Assembly (NCBI RefSeq): GCF_016432865.1 | Contig: NC_067403.1 | Location: 183,644,001 to 183,708,000 of the forward strand | Length of the DNA: 64,000 nt | Direction of reading: 5' to 3' | From: Antechinus flavipes | Lineage: Eukaryota | In this document: piece after piece, positions 1-12,480 of the stretch | Position numbering within the stretch: position 1 is the first letter of the stretch | Layout of the letters: each line of letters begins with the position of its first letter | The notes under the pieces: model-generated | The model's input: only the letters and a program-made list of their open reading frames with translations | The model's database searches: none | What the model was told of the DNA's origin: nothing | Translations under genes and position numbers: made by a program

Positions 1-258
1 CATTTATGAATCATAAATGTTGGGAGAGAAAAATCAGAGCAAAAGGGAAAAATCATGAGACAGAGAAAAAATGGGAAAAAGAAGTGAACATAGCATGTGT
101 TGATTTACATTCAGTCTCCTTACAAATCATTCATAGTTGGTCATTGCACAATCTTGCTGTTATTGGGTACATTGTATTCCTGGTTCTGCTTATTTCGATC
201 AGCATCAGTTCATATAAATCTTTCTAGGACTTTCTAAAGTCAGCTTGTTCATCATTTT
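1..258 (-). mobile_element. L1 LINE 3' fragment (ORF2 end/3'UTR), cut by window edge
   Basis: Reverse complement reads like the marsupial L1 3' region (gacttatatgaactgatgctgatcgaaataagcagaaccagg...). Confidence 0.85.
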
Positions 259-282
259 TAAAATTAGTTTCAATCTCACTTT

Positions 283-495
283 ATTTCTCTTTCTAGATCA
301 AACTTTTTCTTCTCTGATCTTAATTTCCTCCCCTGCACCATGAGAGGGTCTGTATTTCTCTTTCTAGATCAAGTCTTTCCTTCTCTGGTCTCACTTTCTC
401 CTCTGCACCATGAGAGGGTCTGTATTTCTCTTTCTAGATCAAACCTTTCCTTCTCTGGTCTCAATTTCCTCCTCTGCACCATGAAAGGATCTGTG
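283..495. repeat. Tandem repeat, ~70-bp unit x3, probably amplified from a MIR core fragment
   Basis: Unit atttctctttctagatcaa...ctgcaccatgagagggtctgt restarts at 283, 354 and 424. The inner part resembles the MIR core ctctgggcctcagtttcctcatctgtaaaatg. Confidence 0.93.
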
Positions 496-1729
496 TGAAA
501 GGTCTCTCCCAACTCTAGAGCTAGGACCCTTTGCCATCCTTGTACCTCAGTTTACCCCTCCATAAAAGGATGGCCTCTGAGGTTCTTCTGAGGAGCTCCT
601 ATGATTCTAATTGATCCCTGGCTTGGTCCCCAGCCTCCTCATAGGTGAGGGAGCAGCTTGGGGCAGGGATAAAATAATTCTGAGTGAATCACAGCACATC
701 TCACTTTGTTTACATGAAAAATGCTAGAAGCACATCTCCTCCCCCCTGTTCCCTATCTGCAGAAATGGACAGATTCTAGAACCTGCTTTCCCAAAGGCAG
801 AAGTTAGCCAGAAATTCCTGGGCTCTGCTATCTTATTAACTCAGGCTCTCCATGTGCATGAGGGAAGGAACCTCTCTAGAACAACCTTCTTCCAGTCCCA
901 ACTTGGGGGAGCACAGAGAGCCTCCACAGGATCACAGGATTCAGTAGTAGGAAGAAAGGAAGAGAATTCTCATCCAACCTTCTCACTGTACATGCAGAAA
1001 AATGGAGACCCAGAGCAGTTAAATGATAATAAGTAGCAGAGCTGGGTTTTATGCTTGAAGCTTGATCTGCTTAGAAGAGGAGGAACAGGGGTGGAGAATG
1101 TGTGGTAGGGGGTGGGAGGAAGGAGAGAGAAGTGTCTCTTCCAGGCAGCCTATCCCATTTATAAGGAATTACACCAAGTCTGAGACAGACAGTTCATGCA
1201 TACCTTAAATGGTCTGAAGAGCAGATAAAGCTCCCGAGGCTTGATGTCCAGAGGGAGACCACTGACAAAGAGAGTCCGGACCTGGAGAAGAAAGGAGAGG
1301 TCATTAAGATGAGGCTGAGAAACCAAAAATCAAACCTAAAAAACCCTAAACAAAAAGCTTCCTCCCAGCTTAGTGTAGACCAGAGGAACCAAGCAATAGC
1401 CTAAGCACCTGGGGTTTCAGGTCAGGCTAGACCAGTGGGGCTAGATGTGAGACAATTGGTTGGGTATTGGCTTAAGGAACATTGATCATATAGGGTACAG
1501 AGAGGTAGAATCATACCAAAGCATTACAACAAACACTAACTATTCCTGGATGCAAAAGATTGGCAGGGACAAAGAAGTAAAAGAAAGCTTGCTAATTCTT
1601 TTCATGTATGTTTTTGACCTTTTCATAAATGATAAAAAGTTAAGGTTTTTACAAATTTCCATGTTTTTCTCAACTGAAAGGCAGTTACTGAGAAGAGGAC
1701 TGGAAGAACTAACAGTGATTTCAAAGGAT

Positions 1730-1930
1730 CCAGTGGGCTACTCATTTTCTGACAAGAGGGATGGTGGGTGGACCAAGGATTAAGAATGAGATATATAGTA
1801 TTTAAACATGATCAGTACAAGAATTTGTTCTGCCTGGCTATTTAAGTGTTACAAGACTTGGTTTTGTTTTCTCCAACAGAGGCAGTGAGAAGAAAAGAAA
1901 ATAAATTTTTATTCAGTAAAAAAAAAATTT
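1730..1930 (+). mobile_element. Old L1 3'UTR fragment with A-rich end
   Basis: Matches the older marsupial L1 3'UTR pattern (gaatgagatat...gaatttgtt...gttacaag...) and ends in an A tract. Confidence 0.55.
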
Positions 1931-2199
1931 TTTTTAAGTCTGTGATGGACATGTTATCAGAAAACCTACAAGACATGTTCCTCAGACATTTACCAGAACG
2001 TACATCGTCCACAGCAAGCTGGGGTGCTGTCACCATCAGAGCCATTTTAACACACAAAAGAATTATAACAGGCGTAAAATTACTCACATCTAAATTTTCA
2101 AGGTTCAGCAGTGGCACAACTGCACTGCTAATGCCCTCTTAGAGTATGACGCTGTTTCCTTCATTTAATCTTTCATTTCTCCATTAGTTACTATAGGCA

Positions 2200-2640
2200 T
2201 AGACTGGAATACAGAATTGTATAAGATGAGGTGCCCCTGCCCTCGAGGAGTTTAGAGCTAAATAGGAAAGAGACAAGGGAGATAGACACAAATGTCTGGA
2301 ATACCGTGTCAGAAAGAAAATGTCAGACAGAAACTGTCAGTAATACAAATTAAGACTTGATGGAAGGCAAAGGAGGCTGGCCTAATGGGGAGGCTACTAG
2401 TCCTGGGTTTTGAAGGATAGAGATGGATCTGGGTGGGATGAAGGAATTTTCAAGAAAGATTAGAACTACTGATAAAAGAGTAAGGATATGAGGAACAGCA
2501 TATTATAGCATAGAGGGACAGAAATAGATTTGGATCTGGTTGTTGAAAGCCTTGAATGCCAGGCTAAGGAATTTGAAGCTAAGAAGGATCCTTTAAAGGG
2601 TGCAATATCATGGCATTACCAGGAAGTAAAGTGGTATTCA
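2200..2640 (-). mobile_element. L2 LINE 3' fragment
   Basis: Antisense L2 motifs cctgccctcgaggagtttagag and agccttgaatgccaggctaaggaattt. Confidence 0.65.
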
Positions 2641-2659
2641 AGGCAAGAAAGAATGAGTA

Positions 2660-3085
2660 CTAGAATACTATCGTTCAATAAGAAATAATAAGCAAATTTC
2701 AGAAAAACTTGAAAAGACTTACATGAACTAATACTGAGTGAAGTGAGCAAAATTAAAACATTGTACAGAGAAACAGCCATATTGTGCAATGATCAATTAT
2801 GATAGGCTTAGATCTTCTCAGCAATAAAATGTAGTAAATGCCACTTGCATCCAGAGAAAGAATTGTTTTTCTCTTTTGTTCAGTTTCTTCTTTCACAACA
2901 TGATTAGTATGTAAATATGTTTAACGCGATTGTACATGTATATCAGGTTGCTTGCTGTGTTGGGGAAAGGAGGAAGAAGGGGAGAGGAAAATTTTGGAAC
3001 TTAAAATCTTACAGAAATGAATACTGAAAACTATCTTTACATGTAATTAGGAAAAAAATCAAATATTAATAACTACCAAAAAAAT
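2660..3085 (+). mobile_element. L1 ORF2 end and 3'UTR
   Basis: gacttacatgaactaatactgagtgaagtgagc...ccacttgcatccagagaaag...ctatctttacatgtaatt, followed by an A-rich tail. Confidence 0.85.
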
Positions 3086-3272
3086 TAAGTGGCCTACCTA
3101 GGGAAATATAAAACGAGTTATTACTTCTTTATGCAGGATATTAAAAAAATTTTTTTTTATTTTTTAGCCTCCCAGCTCATACTAAGAATTCTAACTCCAA
3201 AGTCTCCATCCAGCAATTAAGACACAATGGCAAATACCCCAACAACTTAATTAGCACTTACTATATAAATTA

Positions 3273-3500
3273 GGGGCAGCGAAGTGACACAGTGGGCAGA
3301 GCACCAAGGCTGGAGTCAAGAAGATATTAATTCAAATCTATGACACTTGCAACTGTTTAACTCTGAGCAAGTCCCTCAACCCCACTCTGTAAAATGGGGA
3401 CACAGTAATGAAATAATAAACACTCAGTATCTTTGCCAAGAAATCCCCAACAATACCATAGGTCGTGTAGAGTTGGACACAACTGAATGGCTTAACTGAT
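3273..3500 (+). mobile_element. MAR1 (Ther-2)-type SINE
   Basis: tRNA-derived head ggggcagcgaagtgacacagtgg, CORE segment, and RTE-like tail cagtatctttgccaagaaa...gttggacacaactgaa. Confidence 0.85.
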
Positions 3501-3762
3501 AAACTCCAGATACACAGCGCTGGGAGATGAATCAGGCTTTCAGATTTGTCCACTGTCCAGCTTGTAGGTACTGGGGGGTCCAGCTTACCATAATAGTTTC
3601 TAAAAGAAACCCGAGAATCATTCTCTTGTGGTTCTACTAGACATTTGGCTCTGGAAGTTAGAGAGACTAGAAAGACCTCCCATAGAAGATGGCATTTAAG
3701 CCACAAACTGGGCAAGTGCTTCCCATGTCTGTATGTTTAAAAGCCATAAGTTTTGATTTCAC

Positions 3763-4190
3763 AGAATCAAAGAATTTGGAAGCTGGAGGGTCAGTCAGCC
3801 CAACCCGTATACAAAAAGCATCTCTACTGTAACACACTGGACAAGTGGTTGTCCAGCCTCCGCTGTCCTTCCTCCGAGGAGAGGGAATCTCCACACAGCT
3901 GCTCAAGGTGCCCATTCCAATCTGGGCAGCTCTCAGGCTCAGAAATTCTTCCTATTGTCAAGCCAAAAGCATTCTCTTTGGAACTTCCACACACCTGCCG
4001 CTCCTGATTCTGTCTCCAGGAGTCAAGCAAAGGACATTCAGTCCCTCTCCCATATCACAAACCTTTAAATATCTGAAGACAACGAAAGAGTTCTCCAGAC
4101 TAAATTCTCCAGTTCCTTTCACTCAACCCTTGTTTGACATGGATGCCAGATCCTGCTCCATCCTGCAAACCCTCCTACAGGCACAGAAGA
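3763..4190 (-). mobile_element. L3/CR1 LINE 3' end
   Basis: The - strand ORF fragment WNGHLEQLCGDSLSSEEGQRRLDNHLSSVL resembles the CR1 ORF2 C-terminus (WNGLPxEVVxSPSLEVFKxRLDxHLSGM). Antisense motifs such as gacaagtggttgtccagcctc fit L3. Confidence 0.88.
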
Positions 4191-4961
4191 GTCCTAAAGG
4201 CTAGGGCAGGCAGGTAATCACTATCCCAGGCCTGTGTCACTCATAGCAGTGAGACAGACTCTTGCCTGGGGGAAGAATCCAATCAGGCTCTATTCATAAA
4301 GGTTCTAGAATGGAGAAGGGTCCTGGCACTCCATCCCCAAGAGATTTCACCAGACCTTTATGGATGGGATGTTCCCACCCTCCTCTTCACCCAAAGATGA
4401 TGCTTCCTTGGCTGCTCTACTTGTATTAATTCCATATCACAAATACCTTTAACTTCACCATTAGGAACTCACTCAGGTTTGATACTGCTCCATGGACACA
4501 AGTTTGTTAGCAGATTAGAAAGCCTTCCCATGTATTCTTGTGTACAAAGGTTCTTTGGGGCTCCGATCTTCTCTACAACAGACATTCTAGCCCAGGAGCC
4601 ACAGAGCTCTGGTCTTAAATGGATCCACTGCATCATGGGAGCATCGAGCATTGTCATTCTGGCTTTGAGTTTCCTTCACTACATGACCTGAATGACACAT
4701 CACATCATAATCTTCAGTCACTGGCACTTAGGAATTTTCTCAAGTCATGAGTACTAAAAATACAACTATTATCATGTGAGCACAAAAGAAATGTTCTAAT
4801 ATTTAAAAGACATTTCCAGTATGAACCAGAAATCCACAGATAAATCCACACAATAGCCAAATGTAGTCAAAACAATGAAGTGACCAGTCTGGAATTAAAA
4901 GACAAACCAGGAAGAAAGATGCATATTTTGTCAGAAATGGCTAAGAAATAGCTTTTTTTCC

Positions 4962-4992
<31 letters not shown>

Positions 4993-5647
4993 GGTCAACT
5001 TATCCTTTATAATAGGAAAGGGCTCTCCTGGACTCCCAGCGTCACTGGTAACGACTGGCAATGACAGTGAGGTTTTAAACAAGATCATTGATTGAACACT
5101 TTTTAAATGAAAAGGGGAAAGTCCTCCCCACGATCAAAAGTTTAGTGCCAAGTGCCCAGGAGCAACAGACCAATGCCTTCAAATTCACCTGCTCTCACAC
5201 TGCAAATTCCTTTCCCAGGGCCCACTCAGACTGGTTTTGCTGCATTCCAGCCTGAGCTGACTAGGCAAGCGGCAGATAATATCCAAGGGCTACAATGTCT
5301 CTTAAGGAAGGGGCAGGGGGAGCCCCACGCTAGCATGGCTTGTACCAGAAAACAGACAGCATTCAGCTATTTCACAATGACCCTCATTCCACCTCCAAAA
5401 AGTTTCCTTGACCCCAGTTCTGGCCCAGAAATAGAGTAGCCTGTGGCCCATCTGGAACGAAATCCAACATCCTCAGAGGATGACATCTAGTTTGTTCACT
5501 TCCCCCTGGTCCAAGGCCCAGCCTTGGATTCAGCCTCTCTCTGATTCCCTGTACGGCCTCCTCCACCAAATTCCTGTATGAGGGCAAAGGTGCCTTCCGA
5601 AGGAAGCCTACAATTTCAAATCCAGAAGTTGTTAAAAATGCTCATTT

Positions 5648-6055
5648 CAGTAGAACACAGCAAGAACAAGATTATGTGATGTCAACTCTGGTGGACGTGG
5701 CTCTTTTCAACACGGAGGTGATTCAGGGCAATTCCACTAGGCTTGTGATGGAGAGGGCCACCTGCATCCAGAAAGAAGACTGTGAGGAATGAATGTGGAT
5801 CACAACATAGTGTTTCTCCTTTTTTGTTGTTGCTTGTTTTTTGTTTTCTTTCTCATTTTTTTCTTTTTGATTTTTCTTGTGCAGCGTAAATGCGGAAATA
5901 TGTATAGAAGAATTGCACGTGTTTAACCTATATTGGATTATTTGTTGCCTCAAGAAGGGACAAAAATTTGGAACTCAAGGTTTTGCAAGGATGAATGTTG
6001 AAAACTATTTTTGCACATATTTTGAAAACAAAAAGCTATTATTAAAAAAAAAAAA
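5648..6055 (+). mobile_element. 5'-truncated L1 3'UTR with poly(A)
   Basis: aacaagattatgtgat...cttgtgatggagagggccacctgcatccag...aaaagctattatt then an A tail. Possible degenerate TSD aaaaatgctcatttc / aaaagtgctcacttc. Confidence 0.9.
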
Positions 6056-6904
6056 GTGCTCACTTCCATCATTCTCTTCTTGTTGAGTATTTTGCTTCCT
6101 AGACTAAAAGCTGGACTCTCAGCCACAACAAGGGACTGCTGGATTTCCAGAAGCCAGGAGGGTTCAGCATTGTCATGATTCTTTGCGTACTTCCTGAGAA
6201 CATCCTGACTCTTTATTTTCTGTCACACACACAATTCGGCTCCCTATGTCAAGGAGGGCACTGCAGACCACAGTGGAGGATTCCTAGTGAAGGACAGTCC
6301 CCTGCCCCATACACGACTGTCAGTCAGTTAATGAGCAATTATTAAGGGCTTTCTAGCTAAGCTCTGTCCTAAGTACTGGGGAGCCCAAATGAGGTCACTC
6401 ACGGAGGTGCTAGCAGGCCAAAGGGAGGTGGGTAAGAGAAAGGCAGATCAGAGCCTTCCTCCTCTGGATGCCTCATCTTTCCAGAACCTCCCACTTGTGT
6501 CTGTAATGAGGTCTTCCTCCCAAGCCAACTTCTTCCTGACTATCTCCTCACTTGAGAGGACCTCTCCTTTAGGCAAGATCTTGGGGAACACCTATCACCC
6601 TTCTCATCACATAACAAGGATAAGGAGCAGAATTCTGATTTCAATAGCCCAGGGAACTCCTCTCGCACCAAGAAAACTCCCTCTCCCAATGTAAGTCAGC
6701 TCCTCCTCCACAACTCACAATTAGGTTTGCCCAGAGCCATAGAGTCGGTCAGAATCACAGGAGAAAGTTAGAACAGCCTTCCTGACACTGAGGCGGGCTC
6801 TCTAACCACTGGGCATGTGGCCACTTTGTTTTATCATGCTGTAGACAAAACACTACCTGTTGCTGCTAGGGACAAGCCAACAACTTTTAGGACAACTTTG
6901 CTTC

Positions 6905-7035
6905 AGAGAGGGAAGGAGAATGGAGGAAAGAGAAAGGAAAGGGAGGAGGAAAGGGAAAAGATAGAAAGGGAGAAAGAAGAGGAAGGAGAAAGGAATAGAG
7001 GGGTGGTAAGGGAGCAGGAAAGGGAGGATATGCAC
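6905..7035. repeat. Polypurine (GA-rich) low-complexity tract
   Basis: About 130 nt that is almost entirely A/G. Confidence 0.85.
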
Positions 7036-7289
7036 ACAGGTAGGAATGGAGCCTGGTGAAAGTGACCCCAGGGACATCATTATGAGAAAACATACTGAGA
7101 ATTATAAGATATCAGCCTAGTTCTCCTTAGGGAAACTAAGCAGGTTTCCATCACCAGACAAAGGCATCCTCTTTCCATGTTGTACTAGACAGTGACTGCT
7201 GAATGAACTTATATACAATTGAGCTTCTCTGAGGAACCAAAATGGGGGAGGCAAAGTGGTTGGTGAGATGTCCCCAACAACTACAGGGA

Positions 7290-7560
7290 TCAGAGAAGGT
7301 TTCCAGGAGGGAGTCCAACATTAGCAAAGGCATGGGAACAGAAGATTGCAGGATATAGCCAGGAAACAAAAAGCAAAACACTTTCAATGGAAGACAGAAT
7401 GCATCAGATGAAAGGCCACAAAATTGTGGAGAGCCTTGAATGCAAGTCAAAAGTTTGAACTTTTACTTAAGAGGCAATTAAGAAGGCCCTAAAGATTTCT
7501 GAGTAATAACATTATCAGGTTATAAGTAATAAAGATTATCCTAGAAGCTTCATAAATCTC
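7290..7560 (-). mobile_element. L2 fragment
   Basis: Antisense L2 motifs gggatcagagaaggtttccaggaggg and gagccttgaatgcaagtcaaaagtttgaactt. Confidence 0.65.
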
Positions 7561-7599
7561 TTGACTGGGGGGTCAATGTTCTTATTCTCCTCTTTTCAA

Positions 7600-7920
7600 T
7601 TTTGTTTAGTCTACATAGTCACGTCCCATCTCCATGTCTTCGTCTCGGCTGTCCCTCAGGCCTGAAATGCACTCTTGGCTTAGCTGCTTCTTCCAGGTTC
7701 ATCTTAAATCCTATCTACTACAGAAAAGCATTCTTGTTCATCCCTGCTAGCATGCCCCTTTACAATGTCTGTACCTCGATATATGGTAATTTACGGCTTG
7801 TCTCCCTATTAGAATGTCAGCACCTTTAGGGCAGTGACGGTTTTTTGCCTTTCTTTAACTCTGCAAAGCTTAGCACATAATAACGGCTTCATAAATGCTT
7901 GCTGACCAATTGATTGACCA
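7600..7920 (+). mobile_element. L2 3' end
   Basis: ggctgtccctcaggcctgaaatgcactc...tagaatgtcagcacctttagggcag...cttagcaca...ataaatgcttgctga...ttgattga. Confidence 0.75.
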
Positions 7921-10204
7921 ACAGTTTAAAAATCTGACTGTAATTCTGCAGCTCCATCTCTTCACGTGCCTTTACCCAGCCACTGCATGGCTGTACAAAC
8001 TGATAAATGAAGGCTCTACTGTAAGAAAGCTGCTTACAGTGTTGCTCACCATTCGCATCAAGAATACACATTAATCCACTCCATTAATCCAAATTAAAGC
8101 AATTATGATATGGAAAATGAGAGTGGGCTGCGGTACAAGGAGTCCAGGACTGGGATTACATTGAAAAGAACTCACTGGAAGAATGAACTGCTCAGTCTCA
8201 ACCTCCCCACCAGCCCAGAACACCTAATAGCCTTATTGTGATGCAAGGATCATTTGTGACCATAATGGTAAAGACTTTAGGACTAGGCGGTGGAGTGTAG
8301 GATACTCAAAAAGGCACAGTTCAGCAAGAAGGTTCATAAGATAGCTTTTTTAGGAAGGCTTTTAGGGCAACTTTTCACCTGTCTAAAGAAATAAGCTCAA
8401 CAAAGCAAACTGACATCTTGAACCTTGCATCAGAACTGCCAGGTCTCTGGGGCCCACGGCTAATGGAGAGCCTTTCCCCTCTCTGTCCTTGCAACCTCTG
8501 TTGTTGTCATTTTTAGGGAAAAGAACCTTTCAAGGAAAAAGCAAGTCCAGCTAGCAGCCACTTAGAAGGAGCTCCTACCTGGCCTTCTAGACCAGTTATA
8601 CTGTTTGAAATCATCCATAATAACTCCACCCCATCCAACCCCACCCAACCTCCTTGCAAGTTACCACCTGACATCATCAATAGCCAGTCCTATGTTCTGC
8701 TTTCCATAGCAGAGCATGTAGGTAACTATCCAAGCCTAAGGCCTGATAACCTGTCACAACAGGGAACTTTCACAATTCGGGAAGTCACTTCAAGGCTCCT
8801 ACCCCCAAAAAAGCTTCTATGACTCTGGAGTGGCTTTGACTTCCCTAGGGGCCAGCCAGCCAGGCTTACAGAGCAAGGTCATCCATCACTGGTTGACCAA
8901 GAAAAGCTGACATTTTTCTAATGCTAGCATTACAGAAACACATTTAAAGCATGAACCAAAAAATTTCTAACTGTGTATCCTGAAGGTACGAGGCAGCCAC
9001 CTCTTAGGCAAGGTAAACCATTCAAAATGAGCAGTTATTTTGTCTTGTAAGGGCATCCTCCACAAAGGAGGATGAGAAGGTCATAGAGCAAAAAAAAATA
9101 AGACATAACCGAGGGACAGCTCAAGGGGAACACCAGCATTCACCAAAGGGACGGGGACCAGGAGGATGGCATCCGCAATCTGGGCAGGTCCTTTCTGTTA
9201 AGGTCAGAAGCAGACAGGTTCCAGTCCAACCAGAACCTGCAAAGTTCCACAAAGACCCTACCATGCCTCCGAGGAGTTATCAAGTCTGGGCTTAATTGCA
9301 CACAAGACATATCACGTGCATGGACAGATGCCTTGCACATTCCTGCACCCCTGAGATCCTGGGATCATTCAGAAATGACAAACAGCTTTGCACCAGCCAT
9401 AATTAGAAGATAGTGTATATTTTATTACCTGCTCACCACCACTATTTTACAGATGACAAAAACAAGGTTTCCATAATAAATGCTCAAAGTAACTAGTAAA
9501 TGCTGGAGACAGAAATGAAATCCAGACAAAGAACAGCTCCCATCAATTTGAATCTACAAGTGTCTCCGTGAGTAAGACGGAAGGGAATGCAGGTCTCATT
9601 TCTCTTCCTTGACACAGGGGTTGGCCAAGAACACCAGCCATCCTGAGCAAAGACCCTGAAGGAAAGGTACTGGGGTATGATGGAAATGGAGCTTTTGAAG
9701 TTTTCATTGTAAATGCAACAAGCAAAGTACATGCAAGTGCAGTGATTTCTTAAACAATGTCTTCAAGTCCCCTAGCCCTCATATAAGTCAGAAGATTTGG
9801 GCTGGGAACCACACTCTCTAACTTGACTTCTGCTTTCTCTCTCCTTTTAAACCCAAAGACAAGAAGCCTTCATGGCCAAGGAATCACTCAAGAGTGGGGA
9901 TGCAATAAAGCAGAGCTGAAGGAAAACCAAAGCTGAACAGGAAAGGCAAAGACTCTGAATGACAAAGGTAAAAGAGCACTCCAGTGGGAAAGTCTTTGCA
10001 AAGACTCAGAGGTGGGTGATAGAGGCTAACACCAGGAAATGGGAGTGGTCTAGTTTGGTTAAAAGGAAGAGTAAAACTAGAACAATAATAATATATTATT
10101 ATCATTATTACATATCACTGTAATCATATTAAAATTACAATATTATATGTTATGTTATTATAATAATTATAGAATGATAATTTTTAAATTATTATTGATA
10201 CTTG

Positions 10205-10420
10205 CATTTTAATAGCAACATAAGGCTTGCAAAGGACTTTAAACACATTCACTTCATCTCCATAACAACCATGGGAGGTGGATGCTATTACCCTCATTTC
10301 ACAACTGAGGAAACTGAGGCAGATACAAGTTAAGTAACTTAGCTAGTATCTAAGTCTGGATTTGAACTCAGGTTTTCCTGACTCCTGGCCTTCACTCTAT
10401 TCCCTGCACAACCTAGAGTC
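10205..10420 (-). mobile_element. MIR-family SINE
   Basis: aactgaggaaactgaggcaga...ggatttgaactcaggttttcctgactcc. Confidence 0.8.
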
Positions 10421-10639
10421 ATAACATAAACATAAAAAACATAAAACCAGTCCAGAAAAGTCCACAGGAATCAAGAGAATGAATGAAGCTCCTTAAAACC
10501 AGGCTATTTTATCTCAAGAGGTAATTTTTCCACAGCAAGTCTATGAGCAGTGGAAGCAAATGTGTCTAAGAGAGATTTTTTTTGCAGGTGGTCTGGGTAA
10601 AGAGAGTAAGTGACCTCAGGGAGACTAATGAATGGGCTA

Positions 10640-12480
10640 TTACCAGAACTCAGGAAAGAAGCCTGAGATGGGTGGGAGCTTGGTAAGAGGGAGAGCACTG
10701 AAATAAATCAAGTAGCACCTGGTAAGTGGATGCATTTAGGAGTAAGAAAGGAAATCAAAGTTAATTTAGAGATTATGACACTGAATAACTGGGAGAATGT
10801 GAGTTCCATCAACAGAAATTGCTAAGAGATAGTTCTCAGAAGGGACACAATAAATTTCCTTTTGGACAAATTGAGTGTAAGAAACCTATGGGGCATCCAG
10901 AAAGAACCATTCGCCATGGGGCGGGAATTCAGAGGCCAGTTAACTGATTCTGAGTAATAATGTTGTAAAGAAAGGATTCAGTTCAAGTAGACTTACAGAT
11001 TCCAAGAGCTTTAGCTATCAATCAACAACTATGTGTATGCATGTAAAATGCATATTTACACACACATATGTATATATGGGAGGGGAAGAGGGGGAGAGGA
11101 TTCAGACAATTTGAGCATTTACTGGGTATCAGACAAAGTAACAGAGACAGGTTTACCTTCTAAACGCCAGAGATAGAATCACAGAGGATTCACTGCAGAG
11201 TAATGGGATATAAATCCCCAGGGATGGTGAGGAAGAAAGTTAAGAACCACCAGAAAAAAATCAGAAAAGGCCTCCTAAAAGAGGTGGCCTCCAGCTAAGC
11301 CTTGAAGGGACTAAGGTCTGATTTCAAGGGGCAGAAGTGAAAAGAGAGAAGAATCTGAGGCCGGAGGTAGAATATTCTGTATGTCGGATAAAAAGGTTGG
11401 TTTGGAGAGAGTATATACAATGCCCCAGGAGGGTGATCACTACGAAAGATAAGCTGGAGCCAAATAATGAAAGGCTTAAAATGTCTAACAGATGTTTTTG
11501 GATTTTGTTTGCCCTAAAGGTAATGGGTGAACCAAAGAAGCTTCTTAAGGAGAATCAGAAGAAGATTAATTTGGAGACTAGGAAAAGATGGGAGAAAGTA
11601 GATTCTAGGAATTTGGCTGTGAAGGGAAGGAAAGTTCTGGAATGACCACTTCAAAGCAAGGCAGAGGCCAACAAGTTATTTTCAAGTGGGGGAGAAGGGA
11701 GGAAGACAGCAGAGAGGGAAGGGAGCAAGGGTGACAGAGAAGGGAGGAGAACAATCTCTGGAAAAGAGAAAAGATGAGATCAAGGATACAAGTAGGGAGT
11801 TTGGGCAATGAGGAAGATGACCTCTGATTCTGAAGCAGAGGAGGAGAGAAAAGGGGTGAGGATGGACTCGAGATTGGAAGCAGAAAAAAATGAGGGGATT
11901 CATGACAAATTGCTTTGATTTTTCCAGTCAAGTGGGAGCCAAGGTTGTCTGCTTAGAGAAAGGAGAAGGTTTAAAACAGCATCTGTGGGAAGAATAAAGA
12001 AATAAAAAGGGAAGAATCAAAGCATTTCCAAGAGGTAGCAAAGACTTGGTTGAGATCATTCAACATGAACTAGAAGCAGATCCTGGCCAGCACTTATTAT
12101 GGCTTTTTGAGGGTAGGAACAGAGAAGGCAGCTGATGGGGGGCAGAGTAAAATAAGAGATATAGGTTCAGATAACTCTACCTCAGGTCAAGACTGAAGGA
12201 AGAAAAAGGGAACCAGAGGATGGGTAAAGACCTGGGAGAAGTGGGAGGACTGGAAGAACTAGGGGTCATAATGAAGATGAAGAACAGCAGATGGAAGAGA
12301 GGTGGAGAGAGGAGAAAGCAAGTAGTCACAATCAGAAAGGGGAATTTCAAAGTTGAGGATCACAGAATGTGTCATAGGAGATGGAGAGATCTAATAAGTG
12401 ACCTATCCTATGGGACGCCAAGGTAGGATGGAGATACAGGCCACAGGAGTCAAGGTAGGAATTGATCTTAAAGAATGGAG
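10640..12480 (-). mobile_element. Long decayed L2 LINE including RT-region remnants, interrupted
   Basis: Purine-rich antisense L2. The - strand ORF 11605-11931 contains KLPTCILDLIFSLFQRL, resembling the L2 RT motif PSTCxLDPIPS. Also gagcatttactgg and gaggtggcctccagctaagccttgaagg. Confidence 0.8.

Noticed and set aside
2088-2150. - strand donor gtgagta with upstream EGISSAVVPLLNLENLD
   Set aside because: No credible acceptor upstream; the flank is purine-rich.
4473-4687. - strand exon candidate / ORF 4469-4657
   Set aside because: The donor is good but the acceptor lacks a pyrimidine tract, all frames read from the acceptor hit stops, and the peptide is unrecognisable.
9618-9666. + strand 49-nt exon candidate
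   Set aside because: Weak donor (gtactg) and no linked exons; indistinguishable from a pseudo-exon.
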